A DNA stretch of 64,000 nucleotides from Octopus sinensis (taxonomy: Eukaryota): positions 22,754,001 through 22,818,000 of the forward strand of contig NC_043004.1 in the NCBI RefSeq assembly GCF_006345805.1. Direction: 5' to 3'. How positions within the stretch are numbered: the stretch's first letter is position 1; each line of letters starts with the position of its first letter. Positions 1-12,000 of this stretch are shown one piece after another. The notes under the pieces were generated by a model that did not search any database, was not told the DNA's origin, and saw only the letters and a program-made list of their open reading frames with translations. A program made the translations under genes and the position numbers.

Positions 1-140
1 TTTGAAACAGAATATTTACTGATAAAACTTATCAGTTATATATATATATATTATATATATATATACAAATGCAAACTCACGCAAGACAAATGCTATTCAT
101 GACAAGTGTAGAACTAACAGTATAATCAACATTCCTTTAT

Positions 141-500
141 GGCGCAGAAGTGGCTGTGTTGTAGGTAGCTTACTTAGCAACCACATGGTCCTGGGTTCAG
201 TCCCACCGCGTGGCACCTTGGGCAAGTGCCTTCTACTACAGCCTCGGATTTGGTAGACGGAAACTGGAAGCCCGTCGTATATGTATATATATATATATGT
301 ATGTGTGTCTGTGTTTGTTCCCCCAGCATCTCTTGACAACCGATGCTGTTGTGTTTACGTCCCTGTAACTTAGCGGTTCCGCAAAGGAGGCCGGTAAAAT
401 AAGTACTAGGCTTACAAAGAATAAGCTCTGGTTTCGATTTGCTCGACCAAAGGCGGTGCTCCAGCATGGCCGCAGTCAAATGACTGAAACAAGTAAAAAG
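141..500 (+). mobile_element. tRNA-derived SINE, family A (CORE-like segment, internal microsatellite), full length
   Basis: Pol III A box TGGCTGTGTTGT and B box GGTTCAGTCCC, then CCTTGGGCAAGTG, an internal (TA)/(TG) tract and tail ...GGCCGCAGTCAAATGACTGAAACAAGTAAAA. Collinear with the copy at 32790-33147. Confidence 0.9.
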
Positions 501-715
501 AAAGAGAAGAAATACGAAAAATTGTCTTCGTTTGTGGCTACTGGAAGGTGTTTTGATCCAGGCAATGAAGAGCATACGAGTAATTAATGGGGTGAAAAAT
601 TAGATTAGTTACAATCAGCACACAATTGGAATAACACAAACTTATATATATATATATATATTTGGTAAAAACGGTAAGATAACAAAAGAAAGAAAAAGAC
701 CTCAATATTATGGCC

Positions 716-778
716 AGATAACCGAAGAGATGGTGTTGTGGATTTCCACTTCGACATCCGAAACTCAGAGTTTTATCT
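716..778 (+). ncRNA. Type I hammerhead ribozyme motif (U4C variant) in a PLE-type terminal fragment
   Basis: Stem I AGATAA/TTATCT; core CCGAAGA...GAAA; extended stem II (GGTGTT/GACATC plus GTGGA/TCCAC); helix III ACTC-A-GAGT; cleavage triplet GTT at 770-772. Confidence 0.6.
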
Positions 779-2204
779 TTGCTATTGAATAATTGTCACA
801 TAGTAATTTACATATATATATTTATAAATACACATATATATATATTTCTGTGTTTGTGTGTGTGAAATATTTATAGCAATACTGGATATTGTGAAGACTT
901 GGCTATTTCACATACAGACATATTTATGTATGTATATACCTAGAGACAACTAAACATGTTGCTGGTAATCGATAAATTCTTAGAATGCTGACACGCTTCT
1001 AATATGACATACTCATGATAACAATACTGGATAGTGTGTAGACTTGGCTATTTCACGGAATCTCTTGTGATATCTGCCATACTTTCTTGTGCTCAGTACA
1101 ATGAACTTAATAGCCTGGATAGAAATGATCATCCAGACAAAGAAGTTTATGTTTGTGCTAATGAGAATAGTTTGCCATGTTTAACTTGAAAAAAAATTCT
1201 CAAATCTAGATTTTTATTGTCAGCTACGAAAATACACACTGCACAAACACACACATAGAAACGCAACCACGGATGTGCGCACATACACACACACACACAA
1301 ACACATACAGACACACACAAACACTATATATATATATATATATATATATACAAATGCACACAGCGACGCAAACACATAAGTCCAAGTATTTGCAGGAGTG
1401 CACTGATTTGTTTGAGGTTATACGCCATATGTGTGGTATTTTGATAACGCTTATTATGTTAGTGTTTACGTCACGTCCTCAGCTCTATAGCACACCGAAA
1501 AAACTGTTTTGTTTTAGTTTCTTGTTTTTTTCTTTTGCAACTGACTGATAATGCCTTCCATTTCCTGTTATATTCTTCATTCGAAACTGTAGCTATTCCA
1601 AGAAAAGAGTTAAAGCAACAATAAGACCAGCTAACTTCATACAACGTCATAGTCATTCGAAGTAATAAGTTAACAACAACAGCACATACTAATTCCAAAG
1701 CTATTAATGACTGTTTTTATGAAACCAGACATTGTGATCAATAATGGAATAGTTTGGTACCACTGTTCTTTGCAGAAAAATCAGAAACAGCAGTAAAAGC
1801 CAACATTACTTATTAAAAAGGGTAAAAGAAAGAGACCATTCATAAGAATAGTAATAAAATCTCGTTGAAAACACATTCTAGCGTCCGGATGAATAAATTA
1901 TATATTGTAGTGTAGTATATGCATTACATATATAAATACACACACATATATATGCATGCATGTATAAATAGACACTGTATAGATACATAATTGCAAACCA
2001 GTGAAAATATAAATAACAACTTTCAGGACCAATAGTGGTTTATTGAAGCGGAAGGTTGTAGGTTTTTTTTTCCGTATCGTGGATACGCTTGACCTGCAGA
2101 GAAGCCTGCGATATGAACTTCGCTTGGATATTTACCACTTTATAGGTTCCGCTATGAAACTTATGTAGCCCGGATATTATGTACTCCATTCCTTAACTGA
2201 TCTA

Positions 2205-2400
2205 TGTGCGTGGCCTTATGGCTTGTGAGTTGCACTCACAATTGTTAAATCGTAGTTTCGATTCCTGGACCAAGCAACTCATTCTGTTCGTGAGCAAAAC
2301 GCTTCATTCCACGTTGGTTTAACCAACTGAGAAGTTAATTCGGTCACCCTGCGATGGAATAGCCCGCCTATAAGAAGGAATGTGGGGCTGCTAGCCCAGC
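2205..2400 (+). mobile_element. Old, degenerate family C (CORE-like) SINE
   Basis: Decayed tRNA head (GTTTCGATTCCTGGACC), GTTCGTGAGCAAAACGCTTCATTCCACGTTG, then CCCTGCGATGGAATAGC. Similar to 10508-10822 and 16010-16230. Confidence 0.55.
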
Positions 2401-2517
2401 TTGCGGGAAGGCATCACCTGATAGCTAAATCAAAACAAATTCCGATAGCCAGGTCGATACCGTGATACACACATCACACACACACACACATATATATGTG
2501 CGTGTTTGCTAGAGGTC

Positions 2518-2550
<33 letters not shown>

Positions 2551-2655
2551 CCATCCATATCATATATATATCATATATATATACATCCATATCGTATATA
2601 TATATGTATATATATACATCCATATCATATCATATATATGTATATGTATATATAC

Positions 2656-2731
<76 letters not shown>

Positions 2732-2869
2732 GTGTGTGTGTGTGTGTGTGTGTAACTCTCTCTGCCTCTATATGTGATTTGTGTGTGTGTCCGTGTATAT
2801 TTGTGTACCTATATTATATATTAGTCTATGAAGTTCGATCTGAGTTTGGACAGCATGGAAGAACATGCA

Positions 2870-2985
2870 ATAGAAGACCAAAACCATCAGTAGTTACTGA
2901 TGTGTCTCGAAATAGAAATACAACAATGGATATTTCAACAGACTGTGAGACATATTTATTTGAATGTATTCCACACTTTGCATAA
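2870..2985 (+). pseudogene. Possible decayed piggyBac-type C-terminal cysteine-rich domain
   Basis: Translation ...[22 protein letters not shown] resembles the recalled CxRNxTxDICxxCxxYxCxxC pattern, with several Cys lost. Confidence 0.25.
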
Positions 2986-3756
2986 GGGAATATGTTACAA
3001 AATACACATTCATTCCGCATTCATATGGAAACGTAAATATTACCTCCATGTACACGTATAGCGACACATATATATCAATAGCAATGTGCAATTATACACA
3101 TATGCACACATACAAAACAAACATACATAATCATACTGTAAGATATATGCTCATATAAACAAATACATGTATGCATATATGTATGTATGTATGTATGTAT
3201 GTAAGTATATTTAGTCACATACATATGCATATATACTCTTCTCTTATAAAGCATAGATATTCTTCACATTCATATTCACGCGTAGTATCTCTCCCTCTCT
3301 CGCTCTCTCTCTCACACACACACACATGCACGCACGCACGCGTACACACGCACACACGCACACATACGCATATATGTCCTGTCAGACAATAATTGTCTAA
3401 CGGTTCATAAAATATTGAGTATATGACATATTGCCACATTTACACAATTGTTTTTTTTACTCGTATGTTACTGTTCGACATGTATGTCACTAACTCGTTA
3501 TCCCAAGATGAATATGTAGTGACAAGAGCAAAATTTATCGACAGTTTCTCAGCTGTGTCTTATCAGAGCTCCGCCTAAACCATTATGATATGAGTACAGG
3601 TCCGTCACCATCGCCAACCGGTTTCGTTCCTGAATACATTAAAACCGCGTAAATGTGTATCTATACACAAACCATTGTATTTCCGTGTACAAATGCTGTA
3701 TACATACATACTTACATGCACACATACATACATACATACATACATACATACATACA

Positions 3757-3789
<33 letters not shown>

Positions 3790-3792
<3 letters not shown>

Positions 3793-5330
3793 TATGAAGA
3801 AGGACAGAAATCCATGAAACGCTGGGAGAAAAGCGCCTCTTGGTTCTCAAACTATGAAACCATCTTTCAAACAGAGCATGCTTCCAACAACCCTTTCCTG
3901 AAAATAAGAAAATTAAAATAAGACTCAAACACCGATTCACACCTCTAGAAAACGGAACCATCACTTCTACCAAAAACAGAATACAGGATCTAACCCTAAC
4001 TTTGTAACCCACCAGCGATACAATATCGAGAGTACCCTAACTTCAAACGGACAAAGGAAAAATCACAGTTCCCGCAGGATATACATTGCAACACCCCACC
4101 CATAAGTAGTTACCAACGAAATTTTCTTTCCAACAATCTACTAAACAACTATGCAGAACAGACCTGTACCATACGTAATAATTACCAATGACGGCTCCCT
4201 AAAACACCACATCCGAACACGGGATATCGGGATACACCTTTCAATATCGTTTCAATACCCATACATCACAACACAGTACCCCGCAACAATAAAGAAAAAC
4301 TACATAACAGCTACCGTCCCAATCTCCGCAATCATTTTTAGACCCAATACGCGAACACAGAGACACGAGCTAGCACCAAACAGACAGGAGGAACCAAAAG
4401 TGATAAAAATGATCAATCTACCTCACAAAGAACTAGCAGCAAACCAAATCAATATACTCTCCAAAGGGCTGAAGTTTACACCCACCCTAAAATTCCCAAC
4501 TACAACGAAATGAAAGAAGACATCGCGGAATTCTGTAGAAAATAACGACTCGCTGAGGAGCTATACGACAAATACAACGAAGACGAATCTTTGGTCCGAA
4601 TAGAAGTAACTACACCCACCCCCCTCAAAAGTTATGAACAAAACTCTTGATCATTTCTGTGAATACATCTCGGATTACCGATATCATCATATGCACAAAC
4701 CCAACTTCAACAAAAGAGAATAGGCTGAGCTGAACAAATTAAAGATGACAAAACAACAACAATCAAAGAAGCTGATAAAGGGAGTGCAGTTGTCTTAATG
4801 GACACGGTATACTATATAACTATAGTACGATCATATTTGAGGAACAACATATTATGAAAAGGCCCAACACCACAGTCAGCAGAGAATAATGAGATACCTA
4901 AAGTCCATGTTAAACCCATACAAAGAAGGATTCACCGACAAAGAATATGACTGTATGACCAATTTCAAAAGTAAAACCATTCAATTCTACGGTATTCCCA
5001 AAACACACAAAAGTGAGAAAATAGGTACCGCATGCAGGATAGCTACAAACATAATAATCAAAGTACCTACTCCTATTGATCTCAAATTGAGACCTATAAT
5101 AGCAAGTACTGCATGCGAATCCTACCGCCTCAGTAACTTTTTAGATACCCTCCAAAAACAATTCCTCAAGTATTTCAAAATCTACTTAAGGGACGACCTG
5201 GATATATTCAATCGTCTTCCTGAAATAGTAAACAAAATCACCCTACTAGTATCCTTCGATGTAGTCAACCTCTATTCCAGTATCCCCACAACCTAGGAAT
5301 AGAGGCGACTCAATTCTGGCTAGAGAATTG
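3790..5330 (+). mobile_element. Penelope-like element, N-terminal region and RT motifs up to about RT3 (frameshifted)
   Basis: ORF pieces INILSKGLKFTPT, FYGIPKTHK, LRPIIAS and LLVSFDVVNLYSSIP are PLE-type RT signatures. Multiple stops and frameshifts. Confidence 0.85.
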
Positions 5331-6531
5331 CGCCAACACGCTCCCTACTTCTCCAACGTACCATTCTCCAAAGCTTCCGGCGACTCCAGTCCGACCCCTC
5401 CACTTTGCGCATCTTCTCTAACCGATCTCTCCCCTCCTTCGAACGAGCCCGCAGCCTTCTTCCCTAATACAACCTCCCACCCGGCTCATCTTCTGCTCTA
5501 TTTTCCCTTCTCTATACATCAGGCAAACGGGACGCCGCTTGGCAGACCGGTTCGCAGAACACCTCCGACACATCCGACTCGGCAATGACAACCCTGGTCT
5601 CGCGCCTTTTCCGCTCTACCGGTCACTGTTTGCAACACCTGTCCGTGTTCGGGTTGTCTTTGCACAGGGCCATACGGACTCCCGTTTGTGCCGTGAGCAG
5701 GCATTAATCTTCTCTGTTCGCTCCTTCACCGCACATGAGCTCAACTCTCCTCATCTCTTAATCTAACCTCCTCCCCTCGCCTCTCTCCCCCTCACACCTA
5801 CTTCCTCCCACCCACCTCCCCTCTCTTGCTCCGACTCCTACTCTCCTTCTCTCTTCTCTTCACTTCTACCCTCCGTCTTCCCCATTCATCGACAGGTCTA
5901 CACATTCCAACCCACCTTCCCTTTTCTTCCGATCACACTCACCCCATCCCTTACAACACTCCCACATAGCCAACTTCTACTCTCACCCCTGCCTACCCAC
6001 ATACCCCAACTCTACCACCACCTCAGCCTAACTCACACCCCACTCTTACTTTCCCCACTCGCGTCTCCTCACCTCCCAACACCATCACTCCACACACCAC
6101 ACCACTACACCATACACCACCATACCACACATCACACCACCACGCACACACTAGCACTGACAACTTCACAGCCCCACATACATACACAGATATACATACA
6201 CACACGCACACGTCAAGATCACCAGCCCTCTTCCACATGGACATACTCTCTTATACACAGGCACGCGCACCTTCGTTTTGGGATCACCACTACTTTATTA
6301 TCTCTCCCTTTTCCTATCTTTCCTGTGTGACCCTTCTGTCTGGCATTCCCCATGATAGATCACTAGCCACTACACATTCTTTATTTTCCCTCCTTGTTTG
6401 TTTCTGTATTCCTTTGTGTGGAAGAGCGTAGGCTCGAAACGTTAAAGACTTTTTCACTTCTCATGCGTTATACTAATACATCTGTTTGTTGTCTACACCA
6501 CCTGTCTTCGTCTTGAATTTGTCAAATCTTC

Positions 6532-6535
<4 letters not shown>
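5331..6535 (+). mobile_element. Penelope-like element 3' end: linker, GIY-YIG endonuclease remnant and terminal repeat
   Basis: Frames give PTRSLLLQRTILQSFRRLQSDPSTLRIF, LYIRQTGRRLADRFAEHLRHIR and REQALIFSVRSFTAHELN. C-rich 3' region; terminal 6411-6535 is homologous to 30827-30960. Confidence 0.85.
6411..6448 (+). ncRNA. Decayed hammerhead motif
   Basis: CTTT-GTGTGGA-A-GAGC GTAG GCTC-GAAAC-GTT-AAAG. Stems are kept but the CUGANGA core is mutated. Confidence 0.45.
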
Positions 6536-6577
<42 letters not shown>

Positions 6578-6608
6578 CTCTCTCTCCCTCTCTATCTCTG
6601 TCTGTCTG

Positions 6609-6662
<54 letters not shown>

Positions 6663-7344
6663 AAATTTGAAATATTGCATTTGTAAACCTCTCAGAGAGA
6701 CTTATGCAGTAACAGTACGATAAAGTGATGGTTTGTTGCCGGGACTGCCAAATTAAGTTGACAACAAACAATTACTTAATATATACGTGCATATGTGTTT
6801 AGGCGGGGGTATTAAAGAAGACAGAGAATACACATAGAATATTATTTTATTTTTAATAATTGTGCATTCATATTTAGTTTGTTTTGTTTTTGTTTTGTTT
6901 TGTTTTTTGCCTACGTGACATTTCAACCATTTGTTAGCGCTCATCCTGCACGTTAAAGTGCGCTATGATGTAATAAACAAACAAAGGTTCCTTCTGGGCA
7001 TTTTGACTGCTATGATTAATTTCCCTCGAATGGGGATTAAAACGAAACAATATACTGCGAATATGCTGTATGCATACTTGGTTTTCTTTAAACCATTAAT
7101 TATTTCCCCTATATAAAAAAGAATGGAGTTTCTATAGGGACAACTGAATTTTCAGAAGTTGAAAGTACAAAGAATTATTAAAAAAAAAGCAACCATAAAT
7201 ATTAGTACATAGGCACATGAATGATAACGAAAATTATCAATTGATAGAGGCGTATAACTGGTGCCCGCTCGGATAGAATATCCTCACAAACAAAAAATAT
7301 ATATTAAAGAACGATTATCTGCCAAACTTTTATGACACTCCCGT

Positions 7345-7430
7345 TCGGGGCCAATGCTATGGTTGTTTAGTCCCAGCTAGCTATACGACACACAATCTGT
7401 CTCCTTATATTTTCGGACAGCAGAGCTTTG
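7345..7430 (+). mobile_element. Fragment of the repeat also seen at 49550-49752 and 60340-60555
   Basis: TTGTTTAGTCCCAGCTAGCTATACGACACACAATCTGTCTCC matches TATAGCCCCAGG...CAGCTG(G)CTATAC(A/G)ACACACTA, with an internal deletion. Confidence 0.55.
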
Positions 7431-7732
7431 CACTCCTAGCCAGCACAAATCAGTATCTGTGGATTGTACGGTCTCAGGATTATTTCTCTTCATCATCTCT
7501 CGTTGAGAGATTTAGGAACAATAATGTTTCTACTTATATATATATATATATTCTTTTATATGTTTCAACCATTTGACTGCGGCCATACTGAGGTACCACC
7601 ATCTATATACATCGACTAAAGCTATTTACCCTTTACGGTGAAACGTTCATAGAGGTTTAAGTAAGCATTATATATATATATATATATATAAATTTAATTC
7701 ATTTTCAAACATTCCTCTCTCTACATACAAAC

Positions 7733-7841
<109 letters not shown>

Positions 7842-7944
7842 CGTGAATATATGCCTGTATGTGTGACTGTGAGAGCAAGCTGAATCATTAGCATTACGGA
7901 CAAAAATGCTTTACCGCCTTTCGTTCGTTTGTACTTTGTGTATT

Positions 7945-8045
7945 GAATTTCAACCGAGGTCGAATTTCATCCCTTCTGGGTCGATGTACTCGACTTATTC
8001 CTTACCCCAAAGTTACTAGCCTTTTGCCAAAATTTGAAACCAATA
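7945..8045 (+). mobile_element. Family B SINE fragment
   Basis: CCGAGGTCGAATTTCATCCCTTCTGGGTCGATGTACTCGACTT plus tail CCAAAATTTGAAACCAAT. Confidence 0.6.
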
Positions 8046-8923
8046 GTAGATATGTAAATAATACACATAGACATATTTTACATATGGACATATTTTAACT
8101 TCATTTTCTTTGTTAGAAACGTTAGAATCACTAAAAATTCAAAATTATCTTATTCACACGAACCCATTATTAGTGGTGAAATATTTTAAATTTAATAAAG
8201 CTGTTTCTGTAGCAGACGATCGACTGAAATAATTATATTTACTTCCAAACTAAAATTTACATTATATTAGTATATATACTTCTCCTTTCCATAATCTATT
8301 GTCTTTTTATCGATGAACGCCCTTACTGTTTAACCCTTATACTATTCTCTTTAATGCTGTTTACCTTCGATTCAGTAATTCTATGATAAGAGGCACATAG
8401 AAGTGTGCCCGTGAATTTTAGTGGTCGAAACTTAAATTCTTGTAGAACATTATCACAATCATGTATATTTGTGTGTGCGTGCGTGTGGATGCATACAGTT
8501 ATTTCTATATGCATATAGATCCTTTTTTTAAATATAAAATTTTAAAATAAATATTGCAATGACATCACATTACACTTGGTTTTTCACCTAACCACTTATA
8601 GTCTCGATATTTTTTCCCGCCTGTGTTAACATACGTAAAATAATCAGGCAAACTATTTTAATTAATTTGAAGAGCATCCTCAGTAAGAAGAATATTCCTT
8701 TATGTTGACTAATTAACCGTCGTATAAAAGAAACATCCCACAGCAGTCACTTTAATCGTGTATATCCACGAAACAGCGTGCTGGTCTACGGGTGAGATAT
8801 TTTAAATTTCACATCTCCCCGTTTAGAATTTGACCTAAAACTAAACAACTATAAAAAACAAAAACAAATTATTTCATGTTTCCCCCTTCTGCCTCTTGTT
8901 ACCCCTCTCTTTTTCTCATACAA

Positions 8924-8924
<1 letters not shown>

Positions 8925-9011
<87 letters not shown>
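8925..9011. repeat. (CT)n microsatellite
   Basis: Direct inspection. Confidence 0.97.
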
Positions 9012-9013
<2 letters not shown>

Positions 9014-9452
9014 GTACACTCTATCTCGTACACGGGTATATAAGTGTATGTTTATGTGTGTGTGTATAGGTGAACGTACACGCGTACACACCAGTCTACA
9101 AATATAGAAACATGCATACATATTTACATGCATATAGATATATATGTGAACGTATTTTCCTGCAAGTTTATACATATTTACATGCTTATGTATGTGATTT
9201 ATATATAAGTTTATGTTCACGCCCGTGTATATGCGTGAATAACTATGAATAACCAGCATCTATACAGGTCGATAATATCCACGATGATAATGAAAGACAG
9301 TTTTGGTTCTTGTTTCTTGTTTCTTTTACAAATAATTCCTGTTATTTCAAATCGTTTTGTTTATATGATCTTTGTTTTGCTATTTATGCATATATATATA
9401 TATATGCACATACATACGTGCATATACATGTACATATACATATATATATGTA

Positions 9453-9491
<39 letters not shown>

Positions 9492-10507
9492 GCCGTGTTG
9501 ACAATGTTGTTTTAACACATTTGTTACAGTGTTTCAGCCTTTGTTATTGGAATTGTCGATGTTTCAAATAATAATAGTTCGGCTGTTTGAAATCTAGTTC
9601 TTCATTGAAATGTTTTCGCGAAACCACATTACAACATTATTTATTCAATTCAAACGAAAGTCCGCCATCATTTCCCGTAGGTTTTCCATTCAGCTATTTA
9701 AAGTGAATTTTATTTATCATTATATACAATTATTTTTTTTCCATTCATTTATTTCCATTCCTCTGTCGATAAGTCGATTTGTTGTATAACGTAAACATGT
9801 TTTTAACGAAGTTCCATTGAACAGCTTAGTGTTTCTGTAGCTCAGCTCCAGATAAGCCCAGATCAATCAGATATTTCTGTTAAAGTACTTTCCAGCCGTG
9901 ACCACTCTGTTTTTTATATTTATGAGTATATGTTTCAATGCGTTCTTTTATTGAGATAGTAAGGAGTTACTTGTGAAAAATTTTACAATAATGTCTAATA
10001 GATCAAATACATCATAGTTGTTTGTTTGACTCAAACACCTTAGTGCTGTATTTCCCTTCAACTAACATTTATTTATTAAGCGTAAACTTGTTCAGGCTTT
10101 TATTATGAATAGATTAACATGTTCGCAGCAAACTGTGTCCCTGTAATGCTTCCGTTTCCTGATTCTGATCAATTTATTTAGAATTGTAATTATTAATTAT
10201 TTTGAAAAGGTGTCAATGCGTGGATGAGAGGAATGGCAGCCTTGTGATATAAATTGTGTCGCGTAGTCAATTACTTTGCTTCCATGTCGTCTGAAATCAT
10301 GGATCAGGAAACCATTAGACTCGTATCATAAATATGTTTACAATATATTATTTATAGTTATATGAACAGAGTAGCTCCAGCTCTTAGCGATTATGTATTA
10401 CACTTTTTATTGTTTTTGTTGTAGTCAGCCTCGATCGATGCGACTTCTGAACAACGTTGTTCTAGTCATGACCATGCCACCGTTTAGTATATATCAAATA
10501 TTAGTGA

Positions 10508-10822
10508 GGGCGCGTGGCTTAGTGGTTAGGGCATTCGGCTCATGATCGTAAGGTTGTGAGTTCGATTCCCGGCGACGCGTTGTGTCCTTGAGCAAGACAC
10601 TTTTTTTCACGTTGCTCCAGTCCACTCAGCTGGCAAAAATGAGTTGTACTTGTATTTCAAAGGGTCAGCCTTGTCACTCTGTGTCACGCTGATTATCCCC
10701 GAGAACTACGTTAAGGGTACACGTGTCTGTGGAATGCTCAGCCATTTGCACGTTAATTTCACGAGCAAGCTATTCCGTTGATCGTATAAGCTGGGACCCT
10801 CGTCGTCGTAACCGGCGGAGTC
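10508..10822 (+). mobile_element. tRNA-derived CORE-like SINE, family C, full length
   Basis: A box TGGCTTAGTGG and B box GTTCGATTCCC, then GTGTCCTTGAGCAAGACACT...TTGCTCCAGTCCACTCAGCTGGCAAAAATGAGT (CORE-like), then tail ending CGTCGTCGTAACCGGCGGAG. Confidence 0.85.
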
Positions 10823-11669
10823 TTTAATCAAATATTACATTGTTCTTTGCTTCCTTGTTTAGTTTTGACTGTAGGATGTGAATTAGGGATTATTTAGCAG
10901 TTGTTTTTAGCACATCGTTAGAGTGCTGTGTTGTTTAGGCATAGGCCCGTCCAAATTGAGTTACATATGAACAAATGTAATTCAGGAGTAAGAATAATTT
11001 CTTTCTCTTTGGGACATTATCTAATATCTGGGACACCATCCAACATCTGGGACATTATATACGTCAATAGTACGTAATTTGAGTGACGTTTCTCTTCTGA
11101 CGTCTTCTAGATCAGGCGACTTCATACATGCTACATCGTTGAAATATAAAACGCTATCCATAATTATCTGAACACTTCACTTATAAGGCATCTCATATAG
11201 CGTAATCCATAAACATTGATTACGTCATCATCTTATGATCTTATACAACATAAACCAACAACGTGGTTTAGCCGACAGTTCATTAATTTCAGTTATGTAT
11301 AAAAATCAAATTAGATTAAGTTTCTGTAATATTGTAATTTTACAGATATTTACATCACGCTTTCATCAAATTTTCAGTTTGAATTTTTTCCGCCTTTTAA
11401 AATTTGATCTTAAACATAATCACTGATCTAAAAGCATTAAGTCAGATTTTATTAATTACATTTACCGCATTATATACTCTATATTCATCTCTTTAAAGAC
11501 ACACCATCTCAGAATATAATGGTAATTGCATTGATTTCATTATATGATTGGTCTTTATTTAATTAAACTCTGAGTATGAATGGAGGTTTCAAAATTTTGT
11601 ACACATATTTGAATATAAGATACTAAATTCCATCTCAACAATTTAATGATTTAGAGAACATTACGCTCA

Positions 11670-12000
11670 ATAATACTGCATTGCCGCTAATAATTCAAAA
11701 TTTGCTCTATTAATACTATATTGCTACTAATAAACATGCATTGAAATTAATAACTCTTCATTAACACTAATAGTTCTGCCTTAGCACTAATTGCAATAGC
11801 ACTAATAATTGTATATTGCCACTAATATACGACATTGTTCCTAATACATCTACATTGCCGCTAATGAATCAGCGGTATCCCCAATAACTCTAACCTGTCA
11901 CTAATACTTTTAAATTACAACTAATATCTTGGCGTTTCCGTTACTGAATTTACATTCCAACTTATAATTTTACATTACCGAATTCATATATAGATATATA
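11670..12000. repeat. Degenerate minisatellite, unit about 20 bp (TAATAxxxCATTGCCxC)
   Basis: Recurrent CTAATA and CATTGCC motifs at roughly 20-nt spacing. Confidence 0.6.

Noticed and set aside
873-1056. CRISPR-like repeat-spacer-repeat
   Set aside because: Only two repeats, a 106-bp spacer, a eukaryotic context and no cas genes.
1700-1790. 78-nt minus-strand symmetric exon candidate (QWYQTIPLLITMSGFIKTVINSFGI)
   Set aside because: Splice sites are only moderate, the peptide is unrecognised, and no partner exons were found.
3988-4042. CTAACCCTAAC telomere-like words inside the PLE
   Set aside because: Fewer than two full units; not an array.
10508-10585. Genuine tRNA gene
   Set aside because: It has A and B boxes but no acceptor-stem closure, and it continues into a SINE body. 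The same applies to the other SINE heads.
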